The notes under the pieces are model-generated. The model saw only the letters and a list, made by a program, of their open reading frames with translations, had not been told where the DNA came from and ran no database searches. Below, piece after piece: positions 39,269 to 52,335 of a stretch of DNA of 64,000 bases (position 1 is the first letter of the stretch; each line of letters begins with the position of its first letter). Origin of the DNA: Malacoraja senta (Eukaryota). Location: NCBI GenBank assembly GCA_038087875.1, contig CM075979.1, positions 73,718,001-73,782,000 of the forward strand. Reading direction: 5' to 3'. Made by a program: the position numbers and the translations under genes.

Positions 39269-39434
39269 AATGGAATGCCTGAAACTGTTGGCTTTATTGT
39301 TGAGCTGAGGACTGTATTGAGCCGAGACAGAAGATGAGGTGCTGCTCCTCGAGCTAACAGTGGCCAGTAGCAGAGGGGTCAGGGTGAGGTTACATAGAAT
39401 ATCAGACACCTTAACAAGACTTAGTCTGGAATCT

Positions 39435-40310
39435 AATCACATTTCTGTGCTCGGAGGTCTGTGACCAGTGATGTACCCCAGGAATCACTTACAATTTGTT
39501 GTACGTGGTAATGATCTCGATGTAAACCAGGATGGAGAGGATTAGAAAGTTCACAGATGACAAGGAAATCACTGGTGTTGTTGATAGTCTTCTGCTGCAG
39601 TAGTACATTGGTGAACTGGTAAAATGCACTGACAGATAGAATTTTTTGCGAAAAATGTGATAGGATGCATTTTGGGAGGACTAATAACGCCAGAACAAGC
39701 ATGATGAATGACAAGCCCCTAGGGAACAGAGTGACTTTGGTGTCCAAGGACCCCTGAAACCTCCCAAGTTGGTAAGGTGGGTAAAAAGGCAAACGGGATG
39801 TTTGCCTCCACATAATATAAGACCAGGGAACAATACAGCAATGGAAAGGCCACACCTGAAGTACTAAGTGCAGTTCTGGTCACCACACTGTAGGAAGGGT
39901 ATCATTGCACTGGAAGGAGTGTAGAGGAGATTCTCCAGGATGTTGCCCGCCCGACATGGAGCGTTCCAGTTATGAGGAGAGGCTGGGTTTGTTTTCCTTT
40001 GAGCGAGGGCCATTAAGGTAAACAAAATCCTGAGGGCAAAGACAGGGTAAATGATGAGAGACTTATTTTTAGCAGGGGCGTCTGTGATCAAAGCGCATGT
40101 GTTTGAGACAAATATTAGGAGATGTGAGGAGGTAATTTTTCACACAGGGAGGCACACACAACTTTTAATATACATTTAAATAAACACTTAAAATGCTATG
40201 ACATTGAAGATTACGGGTCGAGTACTGGAAAATGGGATTAGCACAGAAATGTAGTTCGTGGCCAGGTGGATGCAGTGGGCGAATGGGCCTGGTTCTGTGC
40301 TGTATGGCTA
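39435..40310 (+). mobile_element. Old CR1-like LINE 3' portion
   Basis: Decayed VTSDVPQ, KFTDD and QFWSPH-type motifs. Confidence 0.75.
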
Positions 40311-41434
40311 TGACAAGATGTTGAAAGTTCACATATAGAATGCCTTGAAGTAATCTTAATGTGTGATTTTGGAAATAAATATGTTGAAGGCAGCTGTCTT
40401 GGGGCAAAATCGAGGCTGAAATCATAAGATTTGAGCAGTTTATACGTGTGTTACCAGCTAATATTTTACTGAGAAACTTGGATTCATAACTAAAGTGCCA
40501 TTTTCATAGGAACCTCCTATTAAACGTACACGGTTAATGAAATGCTTATCTCCATCCTTCCACTCACAACCACCCCACACACTACAATGTGTAGGCATCC
40601 CCTGAAACTCTGATCCCTGTTTCATCCTGCAAGCTCCTCACCCACACCCAAAGCCGATGATTCCATGTACCCCACCCCAGTCTATGTCTTGGCCTCCAGT
40701 CCTTCCCCCACCAGTGCAACCTTACGCCTGTGTCCTGTCATCTACCTTCTGGTTACAACTGGAGTTTAATGTGGAGGGACAGCAGTATTTCGAGGCAGAT
40801 ATTGGAGTGAGTGACAACCCAGAGGTCAAAAAAAAGATTTGGGGGTTTTAAATAGATTAACAGATTGTGCAGGTCGATTCTGGGCAAGTTTGCACATAGA
40901 ATGAGGGAGTTGGAGTGAGTTACTGGTTAGCATCTAATCAAGACATTCAGTTGATCTATGTTCAGGATAATATCTAACTGGAAGTGAGTTCTAGGCTGGG
41001 ATATAGTTGAGGAATTTGGACATTTTATACATTTTTATATAAGAAAATGCAGATGCTGGAATCTTGTAAAGTACTGGAGTCAGCAGGTCAGACAGCATCT
41101 GTGGAGAGAATGGATAGGTAATGTTTCAGGTCAGGACTGAATGTCAGAATCAGGCTGATTTTTATGTTAGTTTAAAGTTATTTGCCGAATAGTCTGCAAC
41201 CTGTTTGATGATCTCTACGGACTGATGACCTAGGACGAGGTTAAGTCAGTGTGTTGCCCAATGGTTTGAAGTGCAGGGGTTGTGCTATGTTGAAATGATC
41301 CGCTCCAGCTGTGTGTGTACTTACAAGAGACTGTATGACAGAGCTTTTTTCGTGTTGGTGAGTGGCCCGTTGCCTCCTGTCTCATGCATGGCGTGCCTTG
41401 TTGTGGTCTTTGATTGGGATGTGCTCTCTGGCAG

Positions 41435-41534
41435 GAATGGGAAAGAAAGATGACCCTCGCCTGATGCAGGAATGGTTTAAGCTGGTGCAGGAGAAGAACA
41501 GCTTGGTACGCTACGAGTCAGAGCTGATGATCTT
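41435..41534 (+). CDS. MICAL3: MICAL3-like bMERB exon: [33 protein letters not shown]
   Basis: ggcag / gtaagt, phase 1 to 2; MICAL3 match. Confidence 0.97.
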
Positions 41535-42035
41535 GTAAGTAGCAAGAGTTGTTTCTCACAACCTGATCCATTGTTCATTTCTTTCCCTCTGGCGAGGAGC
41601 TTGAGATCGGGACCAAATGGACTGTTGAGATGGACTGTTTCTGCACAGTGCTATACAGCACCCTGATCCTGCATTTCAGCCAACACTCCTTAATAAGCAT
41701 CAAATGTTCCACCCCTGGCATTCTGCTCTTCTATTGATAACCTACTGACCTAAACCAAGCTACCAAAAAGTATTCAAATCAATCTAAATAATTTTAAATG
41801 ACAATATTTGCTATTGGTGTAGATAAAAGCTTTTGTTTGTGTACTATCCAATTAAATCAGATAATACTCCACAAGAATACAATCAAGCCATAGACAAGCA
41901 CAAGAGGTAGACCAGAGAATATACCAGAGTGCAGAATATAGTTTTCAGCATTGTAGCATTGTTCCAGAGAAAAACTCCAATGTTCACAATTGGATGATTG
42001 GTACTAGACCCTAGCACATGAGAGAACCATTCAGA

Positions 42036-43180
42036 ACCATATAACCATATAACCATTACAGCACGGAAACAGGCCATCTCGGCCCTTCAAGTCCGTGCTG
42101 AACATTTTTTTTTTTTTTTTTTTTAAATAAATACTTCCCCCTAGTCCCATCTACCTGCACTCAGACCATAACCCTCCATTTCTTTCCCGTCCATATACCC
42201 ATCCAATCTATTTTTAAAGGATAAAATCAAACCAGCCTCCACCACTTCCACTGGAAGCTCATTCCACACAGCTACCACTCTCTGAGTAATGAAGTTCCCC
42301 CTAATGTTACCCCTAAACTTCTGTCCCTTAATTCTCAAGTCATGTCCCCTTGTTTGAATCTTCCCTACTCTCAATGGAAAAAGCTTATCCACGTCAACTC
42401 TGTCTAACCCGCTCATAATTTTAAAGACCTCTATCAAGTCCCCTCTTAACCTTCTGCGCTCCAAAGAATAAAGACCTAACTTGTTCAACCTTTCTCTGTA
42501 ACTTAGTTGCTGAAACCCAGGCAACATTCTAGTAAATCTCCTCTGTACTCTCTCTATTTTGTTGACATCCTTCCTATAATTAGGCGACCAAAATTGTACT
42601 CCATACTCCAGAATTGGCCTCACCAATGCCTTGTACAATTTTAACATTACATCCCAACTTCTATATTCAATGCTCTGATTTATAAAGGCCAGCACCCCAA
42701 AAGCTTTCTTTACCACCCTATCTACATGAGATTCCACCTTCAGGGAACTATGCACAGTTATTCCTAGATCCCTCTGTTCAACTGCATTCATCAATTCTCT
42801 ACCGTTTACCATGTACGTCCTATTTTGATTTGTCCTGCCAAGATGTAGCACCTCACATTTATCAGCATTAAACTCCCTGCCATCTTTCAGCCCACTCTTC
42901 CAAATGGCCTAAATCTCTCTGTAGACTTTGAAAATCTACTTCATTATCCACCACACCACCTATCTTAGTATCATCTGCATACTTACTAATCCAATTTTCC
43001 ACACCATCATCCAAATCATTGATGTACATGACAAACAACAGTGGACCCAACACAGACCCCTGAGGCACCCCACTAGTCACCGGCCTCCAACCTGACAAAC
43101 AGCCATCCACCATTACTCTCTGGCATCTCCCATTCAGCCACTGTTGAATCCATCTTGCTACTCCACCATTAATACCCAAC
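42036..43180 (-). mobile_element. Young 5'-truncated CR1-like LINE (about 1.1 kb, one frameshift)
   Basis: GVPQGSVLGPLLF..YADD RT core and a 236-aa open C-terminus; frameshift near 42870; nested in a Rex1-type tail. Confidence 0.95.
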
Positions 43181-43379
43181 AATTTAAGACTCATAACAGA
43201 AGCAAAGCAGCTGTTCCTGAGTCTGGTGCTACATGCTTTCAAGCTTTTGTATCTTTCTGCCCAACGGGAGCTGGGAGAAGAGAGAATGACCAGGGTGAGA
43301 AAGGTTGTTGGCTGCCCTCCTGACAGTGTTCCAGGCACCCACAGCCTAGCAGGTCTGAGTTTTTCAAAGATGTGCCTCA

Positions 43380-44365
43380 CATATCACCTTTAAACTTTGC
43401 TGCTCTCACCTTAAAGCTATGTCCTCTAGTCTTTGACATTTCCACTCTGAGCAATAGGTTCTGACTGAATGTCCTATCTATGCCACTCATAATTTTATAT
43501 ACTTCTATCAGGGCTCCCCTCAGCCTCTTGACGCTTCAGAGAAACCAATACAAGTTTGCCCAACCTCTCCTGATAGCTACTACCCTCTAATCCAGGCAGT
43601 ATTCTGGTAAGCCTCTTCTGCACCTACTCCAAAGTCTCTACGTCCTTCCTGTAATGGGGTGACCAGAAGTGCAATCAAAATGCCACCGAACCAAAGTCCT
43701 ATAAAGCGGCAACATGATTCTTAACTCTTACACGCAATGCCCCAACCGATGTAGGCAAGCATACCACACACCTTCTTTACCACTCCATCTATTTGTGTTG
43801 CCTTTTTCAGGGGGCTATGGACTTGGACCCCAAGATCCTTCTATACATCGATGCTGTTAAGGGTCTTGCCATTAACGTTCCCCTTACATTTGACCTCCCA
43901 AAGTGCAACACCTCACACTTGCTCAGATTAAACTCCATCTGCCATTTGCCCCAGGGTGGAAATGCTATCCACACTACCCATGTCTGTAGCTTATCCATAA
44001 CCTGCTGTACACTTTGACGACCGGTCTGCAACTCCACCAGTTTTCATGTTATCTGCAAACTTACTAACCAACCCATTCATGTCCAAGTTGTTTATGTGTA
44101 TCACAAACAACAGAAATCCCAGCACAGTTCCCTGCGAAACTCCACTGACCACAGATCTCCAGCCAGAGTAACAGCCTTCCACCATGAGTAAGCCAGTTCT
44201 GAATCCAAAGGGCTGAGTCATTGTAGACTCCATACATCTTAATCTGCTGGATCAGCCTACCATGCAGGTCATTATCAAATGCCTTTTTAAAATCCATGCT
44301 GACAAAACCCACTCCCCTACCCTCAATGAACACCCTTGTCACCTCCTCAAAAAACTCAACAAATC
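43380..44365 (-). mobile_element. Older CR1-like LINE fragment
   Basis: MDFKKAFD, GVSQGTVLG, KFADN and MEFNLSKCEVLHFGR fragments. Confidence 0.85.
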
Positions 44366-44446
44366 CAGGCCGTAGCCTCACTGGGTCGGATTGAATATCT
44401 CCTGGAGAGATGCAAAGTGATGAACTGTGTTTGTTTCCTGGTGTAG

Positions 44447-44520
44447 TGCCCGGGAGCTGGAGCTGGAAGATTGCCAGAGCAGGCTACAGCAGGAGCTCCG
44501 GGAACGCATGGCCATTGATG
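44447..44520 (+). CDS. MICAL3: MICAL3-like bMERB exon: (F)ARELELEDCQSRLQQELRERMAID
   Basis: gtgtag / gtaggt, phase 2 to 1; MICAL3 match. Confidence 0.96.
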
Positions 44521-45408
44521 GTAGGTGACACTCATGCCTATTCTATTCTCTGTCGGCCCTCTCTGATCTTTCCAGGCCAAAGACACTGGTGGATATTAGG
44601 GCCCCCTCCTGGGGATCACTGCAACTTTTAAGTGATTCGGTGGGCCGTGGTAAGACAGCAGCGCTTGCCACAAACCAGATAAACCCGGGAGCTTCTGTCA
44701 GCATGTTGCTGCAGGTAGCTCACCATGTCTACAAGCCTCACACCAAACACTCCACCCTGAGCTCCATCATGGCAAGATATTCCCAGAGGCAGAGAAAACT
44801 AGGACATTGTCATGTCTCTCTGCCAGGAACACATAGAGGGGAAGAGCAAGCTGCCTCTTACTTACCCATCCACCTCAAAACCCACCTGCCCCACATGCAG
44901 AGACTTGATCCCCCACTGGGCCCGATAGCCACTCAAAAACACACCCACAACTGGGGTGGAAGCAAATCATCCTCAACCTCAAAAAATGACCGCAGAAGAA
45001 GGCAGTCAGTTGGAACAATCAGTATCCACCTTCAATCTAGATCCCTTTCCCCAGTATCCACCTCGATCTCAAGGTATCTAGGTCCCTGTCCCTAGAGTAT
45101 CCTCACCCTTTGTTCTAGGGATATCAAGGTCCCGTTTGCCAGAGTATATCGCCTCACTCTAGTTTCTAGAGTATCATCCCCAGTCTTTGTTCTAGGGGTA
45201 TCTCAGTCCATGTTCCTCAGCTGTTTGTTCTGGGGGTACTTGGGTCCATGGGCCCAGATTACCGGCACTATGTATGTGTGATGTTCTCCCCCTTTCCCAT
45301 GGGCATGAGGCATTTGACTCATTTTGTGACCTGCCTCGGCCCTTGCGCTGGGTGCTGTCTGGACCATAAGCTGCTCCGTGCTCTGACCGTTCCCTATGTG
45401 CTTGGCAG

Positions 45409-45593
45409 ACAATCTGAAGAACAGCGAGGAGCTGCTGGAGGAGAAGCGGATCTTGAACGAGATGCTGGACGTGGTGGAGCAGCGGGATGCGCTGGTGGCT
45501 CTGCTCGAGGAGCAGCGGCTCCGCGAGAAGGAGGAGGACAAGGACCTGGAGGCGGTGATGCTGACCAAGAGCTACAACCTGAACTGGTCATAG
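45409..45593 (+). CDS. MICAL3: MICAL3-like terminal coding exon ending ...TKSYNLNWS*
   Basis: EEKRILNEMLDVVEQRDALVALLEEQRLREKEEDKDLEAVML..LNWS-stop; MICAL3 C-terminal signature. Confidence 0.97.
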
Positions 45594-48500
45594 ACAGTCC
45601 ACCTGTGGCCGCAGTCACTGAGTTCTGGGCTTCAGCAGCCGGCAGGAAAGGCAAGAGGCTGTCTTGCAAATGGCTGGTGGAGCAAACCCCTGCAGCCTTT
45701 CTACTGCCGTGTACACCGCAGAATACTACTTGTGCTGTGTTCTCAGGTGTTAGCCACACATGATCCCACCTGACCCAAGGGCAACCAGATATTGGCCAGA
45801 TTTACAGCATAGGGCAGGTGCTCGGAGGGTAAGGAACACAGGAATTTGGGGTGCTGAGTTATTTCATCAGATTCGTAGAAACTGATTCTTTTTGGTGAGG
45901 GAACAGTAGAACTGAACGGCACAGGAGCTCGAGTGAGCCCTTCAGTGAGTATAGACCTGGTTCAGTCCACCAATTCTTCCTCTATGCGCATCAGAAATAG
46001 AAACGCTGCACCCTGAGGTGGAGGCTTGCTCCTCTTGTTTACCCAGTCCAGAGGGGCAGCTGCCCTTCACAAGTCGGCCCATAGGTATCATCAAGCCCTC
46101 TGCAGCTTGCTGCTGCTGATCTGGGAGCTTGAAGTACTGAGCACAGAGTGAGCCACTCCCAGCTGCTGTAGGATCCAGTTACCTTTCCTTTGGGGAGGGT
46201 GGGCCGTGTGTGATAGAACACACGCAGGAGCAAAAAAAAACTTTTAAATGCCATGACGTGAGTAAAGGGAGGTGGAAAATACCAGTGGTGGGGCATTCAA
46301 TGGAGTCCAGCGTCCTGCCACCATTTAACAAGCACACGGCAGCTTACCCTGTTCCCACCTGTTCACTTACACGCTGTACTCCTTCCAGCTCTAATTTAGT
46401 TCACTTGAACATTGTACCTCCTAAAACACTTACACATCCCACTTGCTCCCATTTGCATCCCAAAGGCTTTTCACTGTATCTCGGTACACGTGACAATAAA
46501 CTAAACTAAACTCCAGTAAATACAACATAGTTCGCTCCAGTAAAGACAACATCGTCCACTCCAGTAAACACAATGTAGCCCAGTCCAAAGGGGATTCAGA
46601 AGAAATCCCAGCAATACCTAACAACGGGATGCCCCCTTGAAAGAAATGTTGAAGAGGAGGTTGGATGGGCCTTTCAGATCAAAGGGTACAGGTCATACTG
46701 ATTTAGGTAAGTAAAGGTGAATGGAGTGGAGCAAAGTGACAGCTGAGCGGCCAGTTTCTGTGCCATAACTCCAGAATGTAGCTCCCATCATTGCACCAAG
46801 ACGCATGCGCACGTCACTGCACACTCACGATCTGTATCTTCCCAGATCTAACCCTTCATATTTACACACGTGCATGCACCCATCCCATCCATCGCAACAT
46901 CACCATCACACCATGTACCCATGCACTCCCAACACCAATGTGGAAATTATTTACGAGCTACCTTTTCTCTCATGTGAGGACCAGAAATGGACACAGTGCT
47001 GCACGTGTGGTCCAGTTAGCATTTTACAGTCTTTGCAAGATCTCTCGGCTCTCATAGTCTGCATTTTGACCAATAACAGCAAGTATTCCAGATGTCTCAT
47101 TAACCATTATCTACCATATCTGGGACTTTCAGATCCAACGGAACGTGCACTCCAAACCCCTGCTGGAGCGATATTTCCCACTATCCTCTTGCTTGGTTGC
47201 GTCTGCCTTCCCCAAATGCATGACATTATCCATCGTCATATAACATTGCCTGTCTGACCAGACTGTTGATTTTTTTGCTGGTTGTGACTTTCTTCCTCAC
47301 TGTTCGTCACGTGGCCACGGTTTACATTACTGCAATCGCTTTACCATATTACCCAGAGTTAAGTCCAAATCATTGATACACACTGTGAAAAGCCTTTTGG
47401 TCTCAACTGCAAACAGCCTCCCACTCACCAATGACCAGTAGCTTTAGTTTTCTCCGTCAGAGTAGGAGTGCAGATTGGCAGTCTCCCTTGAATCCCATAG
47501 GTTTAATTTTCTTCCCATGGGATGGGATGTGGTCAAAGGTTTTGCTGAAATCCATGTATGTACTTAGATGCCATCATCACCCCCTCTTGATACCTCCTCA
47601 AAAATATCTAATTTGTCTTCCTCAGCCTTCCCTAACAAATCTATGTTGGCCATCCTTGATTAATCCATAATGATTAATCATTTCCCGCACTGATCTCAGA
47701 CTGGCTGACGTAATAACTTGTTCTCCACCCTACCTTGCTTTTCTAAAACATTGCCATTCTGGTGACCCTCCACTTATTTTACAGCTGCTATGAGGGAAGA
47801 CTGGAAACTGTCCACAAGTCAAACTGCTTGGACACCAAGTGTATTGCATCCAACTCCCCACCCTTGAACAGGCACCTTTCCTTCTCCAACACGCTCCACC
47901 CATCCTGACATCACTTCTTTTCAGATGAGTCACCGGCTCCTGTATCTACTTCTACCTGTCACTTTGTTCTTGTAAATCAATGAACTTTAGAAAGCACAGG
48001 CTTTTCCTCCCTTCCCCCTCGTCACAAGCATCCAACCATGCCCTCCATTTATTTTCTTATCTCTGCAACCTTTCCCAGCAATTCTGCATTTCCCCCACCA
48101 CAATCCCATATGCTTATATACTAACCATGTCCCGCTCTGCCCATTATTCCAACTCTGATTTCTGCCCCTATACACTGCATCAGTTTATAATTCCTACTCG
48201 GGATATGCATGGCTCCTATTCCTACTCGGGATATGCACGGCACCTATCATTGCCTGCGCCTAGTTGCTCTAGAGAAGGTGTAGTGAGTCACTTTCTATTG
48301 AAAGAACTCTCAGGGTGCTATTTAGGTAGGGAATTCCAAGATTGATTTAACAATGATGAAGGAACAGTGAAGTCACTCCAAGCCAGGACAAATGCAGAGA
48401 GATTGTTTATTTAAGCACTGATCCTGTCAGCTATCCTGTCAGTTTTATTTCAGCGTGAGACTGCATCAGCATTGGGCTGGTGGTGTTCCCATGCATCTGC

Positions 48501-49899
48501 TTTCCATTGCCGTGGCCATGGCTGTTGCAGAAGCGTTGGCAAGGAACTGCAGTGCATCCTGTTGCTAGTCAACAAGGTACCTCTCTGAGGTACTGGAGGG
48601 CAGCTGGTAATTTAAACTAACACGCAAACATCCTTTACTGCTTGTGCAAGGAATTAATGTTTGGGGTGGTGCTTGAGGAGCTAACCATGCTTTGTCCTGA
48701 ATGTTGTCGAACTTGTAACAGCACTCGTACAGGCAGGTGGACAGTATCCCATCCCACTCCTGGCTTGCCTCAGAGACTGAGAAGACACTTTGGAAGTCAG
48801 GAAGTGAGTCATCCACAGCTAGATACAACGTTCGACCAGCTCCTCTCATGGACACCATATTCATGTACATGGTCTAATTTCTGGTTCGAAGACAATGCCC
48901 AGGGTATGGATGGTGGAGATTCAGTAATGGTAATGCTATCAAATGTCAAGAGGGGGTTGCTAGAGCCTCACTTGTTGAGATAATCATTGTCTGGTACTTG
49001 TGAGTTGCAAATGTTACTTGGCACTTACCAGCCTGTGCCTGAATATTGTCCAGGTCTTGCTGCATGTAGACATGGATTGCTTCAGTACTGAAAGAGTTGC
49101 AAATGGAACTGAAGACTGCGTGCATGGGTTCCCGTGTGTGGGTGGGTGGGTGTCTCTGGGTGGGTGTGTGTGTGTTTCATTGTGTCTCAGCTCTCTTTCG
49201 ATGTGGTCAGGGTTACAACAGTGTTGGACCTGTGGTTTAACACAGTATTATGTACAGATGAGTGTGTGGGTATGTGTATGATGCGGCACAGAGGGGTACA
49301 AATATATTTAAGAATGAAATCCTGTGGAATGTAATTCCAGAGGTCAGGTTTGGAGCTTGTGTCTGTGACTTTGTGGCTACGCTCAAACTGGAGTCTGAGT
49401 CAGACGGAGAGCAAGATGCAGCCCAGGGGCTGGAGAGAAGGCCCTGCCTACTGACAGCCTCTCTGGGAGAAGATTTATAGGCCGAGTTGGTCTGTGAATC
49501 AGGTCAGTTCCCAATGGGAACGTGATTTATTGTGATTGTACAGTGTGCTTTATACATTTAAAATACATACCTTTCATTCGGTTTCATCCCGGCTCGGGCT
49601 TGCTCCTGTAGTTATAGAGTTGTACGGCACAGAAATGGGTCCTTCGGCCCCTCATGTTCATGCCGATCTTTTTGCCCAACTACGTTCATTTCATTTGCCT
49701 GCATTTGAACTGTCTCAATGCTTCTTAAACGTAGTGACTGTATCTTGCAGCCTGCTATGTCAGTGCTGGGTTCCCTTGCAGGGATCAAGCAATGAGGCCT
49801 GGGTATGCTGGAGGAACCCGGCCCCACGGCCTCCCCCCCCACTTCTCTCCATGACACTCCTCTCTCACGCCCCTCTCTCACACTCCTCTCTCACACCTC

Positions 49900-50099
49900 N
49901 NNNNNNNNNNNNNNNNNNNNNNNNNNNNNNNNNNNNNNNNNNNNNNNNNNNNNNNNNNNNNNNNNNNNNNNNNNNNNNNNNNNNNNNNNNNNNNNNNNNN
50001 NNNNNNNNNNNNNNNNNNNNNNNNNNNNNNNNNNNNNNNNNNNNNNNNNNNNNNNNNNNNNNNNNNNNNNNNNNNNNNNNNNNNNNNNNNNNNNNNNNN
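49900..50099. other. Assembly gap (exactly 200 N)
   Basis: Run of 200 N. Confidence 0.99.
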
Positions 50100-50767
50100 G
50101 GCGCGAGGGGGTCAATGATCCATTACATTAACTCCCATTGAACCCAACTCACATCATTTGGGTTCTGCTACATCAATTAAGCTGATCCTTCTGGTGCAAT
50201 AACTTCCCTGCCCCTATTAAACATCTCCAGTTTGTTAACTCCTGCTGCACGTACATAACTAGTTATAACTAGTTTCCAGTGTATTGACCCCCATACGCTA
50301 TAAATCCCTAGTTTATTCATTCCCTCTGACCCCGATATATCCCGTGTATTAACATCTCCAACTCCTAAGTATCCCTGGTGTATTAACTTTCCCTTGGAGC
50401 TCAATGCATCCAGTACATTAACTCTTGTCCTGAACTCCGCACCTACAATATTTTAACTGTCCCACTGAACTCGGTCCTTCCCGTATAGTCGACTTCCCAA
50501 TAGATCCATCCCCATGCACTGCTTCCTCTCACCAGCGAGCCCTCTGGAGATTAGCTCTACATTAGACACCCCTCCATGACGCCTCCCCACTTGCTCAGTA
50601 GTCATGAGGGCTTTGCAGACTCCAAAGGACCGATGACAACTGGCCTTTGACTGGGAGCAGCGCCCTGTAATGATCTAGGGTTTAGACAATTATTTAGGCA
50701 AGTTTCCTCGGCTAATGATAATCACCTCAGAAGGAAGCTCCTGCACAAGTCGGACAGTGTCACTCAC

Positions 50768-50997
50768 CGTAACTCGATTCTGAATGTCCCTCATCCTCGC
50801 TCTCTGCCTCGCTGTCTTCCTCTGAATTTTTCTTCAGCAACTGCTGGGCCTCCGCTGCTTTTCTCCATGATACTCCGTCCACTGAGGGAGACAACATATC
50901 TTCCTCATCCCTCTTATCCTCCTTGTCCTCCTCATCTTCTTCTTCCTCCTCCTCCTCCTCCTCCTCCTCCTCCATTTCGTACTCAGAGCTGCTGCAA
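50768..50997 (-). CDS. MICAL3: MICAL3-like acidic exon: SCSSSEYEMEEEE...GVSWRKAAEAQQLLKKNSEED...SESSY
   Basis: Resembles MICAL3 SSSESEMEEE..GGVPWKEAV...LLKGKSEEE; G|gtgagt donor, phase 2 to 1; three in-frame tandem acceptors. Confidence 0.88.
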
Positions 50998-51639
50998 CTG
51001 AATGCAGATATGTCACTTGGTAAGCAGTGCCCTGGCTCCACGATAGTGGGGTGGATAAATTAGCGGACATACAGAGATTGCAACAGAGGCAGAGACTGCA
51101 CGGAAATTAAGCACTGCCCGGCAGGATACACAGGACGAGACAGAGTGAGATAGGCAGGACCAGACCAGCAGGTGAAATCACAGTCGTGTAGAAAATACGC
51201 AGCACAAAATGAAGCCCATCCTTTGCAAGGCGATCAATAATAAGTTCCTCACCCTGATCCCACCTCCCAGCACTATATGTAGATTGCTGCTCTCCACGCT
51301 CACATCCAAAAGATGATTAAAGGTTCTGGCAAAGGAATTTGGCTTGAAATATTTACTCTCTGTCCTTCTCCACATATGCTGCCTGACCTGTTGTGTGTTT
51401 CCAGTATTTTCTGCCTTTTTTAGAGTCATAGAGGGACACTGTACAGAAACAAGTCCATCGAGTCATTAGCCTGCACTAATCTCAATTTTTTTTATTCCCC
51501 CATAGCACAATTAACTTCCCTCTGTTTAAATGTGATGAGGGTTTTGGTCTGTCTCATCCTTTCAGTTGTGGAGTTCCTAACCCCACACCCACACTGGATG
51601 AGAAATCTTATCCTCATCTCCCGCCTGATCTTCCTGCCA

Positions 51640-52335
51640 AATAAATCTTATACAGGTATATAAAACCATGAGGAGCATATATGGGGAAGTTTAAAACTAG
51701 ACGGCATAGATTTAAAGTGAGAAGTGAAAGATTTAAAGGGGACCTGAGGAGCAAGGTTTTCACTTTTGAGGTGATAGACACGTCGATCAAGTTGCCAGGG
51801 ATGTGGTTGATGCGGGTACAATTACAAAGTGTAAAAACCATTTGGACATGTAAATGGGTAGAAAATAAATTGCGAGAGGAATAGATCGGGCAAACGCACA
51901 GTCTCTTGCCCAGAGTAGGAGAATCGAGGACCAGAGGACATAGGTGAGGAGGGAAAGATTTATTAGGAACCTGAGGGGTAACTTTTTTTATACAAAGGGT
52001 AGTGGGTATATGGAACGAGCTGCAGGAGCCGATAGTTGAGGCAGGTACCATCACAATGTTTAAGAAACATTTACACAGGTACATGGAATAGGATGGGCTT
52101 AATGGGATATGGGCCAAATGCAGGCAGGTGGGACTAGTGTAGATGCGACATGTTGGTTGGTGTGGGCAAGCTGGGCCGAAGGGCCTATTTCCATTCTGAC
52201 CGAATTTATGACTCTATGAAAGATTTAGATGGATAGGGGCCAACGATGGGCAAGTGAGACTAGCTTAGATGGGCATCTTAGACATGGATGAGTTTGGGCA
52301 GAAGAGAAGGGCCCATTTCGGTGCTGTATGGCTCC
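51640..52335 (+). mobile_element. Nested CR1-like 3' fragments
   Basis: Two TRGHRFKV-type ends and two gaagggcc tails. Confidence 0.75.

Noticed and set aside
46495-46500. AATAAA as the MICAL3 poly(A) signal
   Set aside because: Lies in a retroelement-type tail (aataaactaaactaaact); use cannot be inferred from sequence alone
49476-49492. Minus-strand terminal exon (NQLGL*) for a PNT-only ETV protein after flipping contig 2
   Set aside because: Weak polypyrimidine tract and no similarity to ETV6/7 downstream exons
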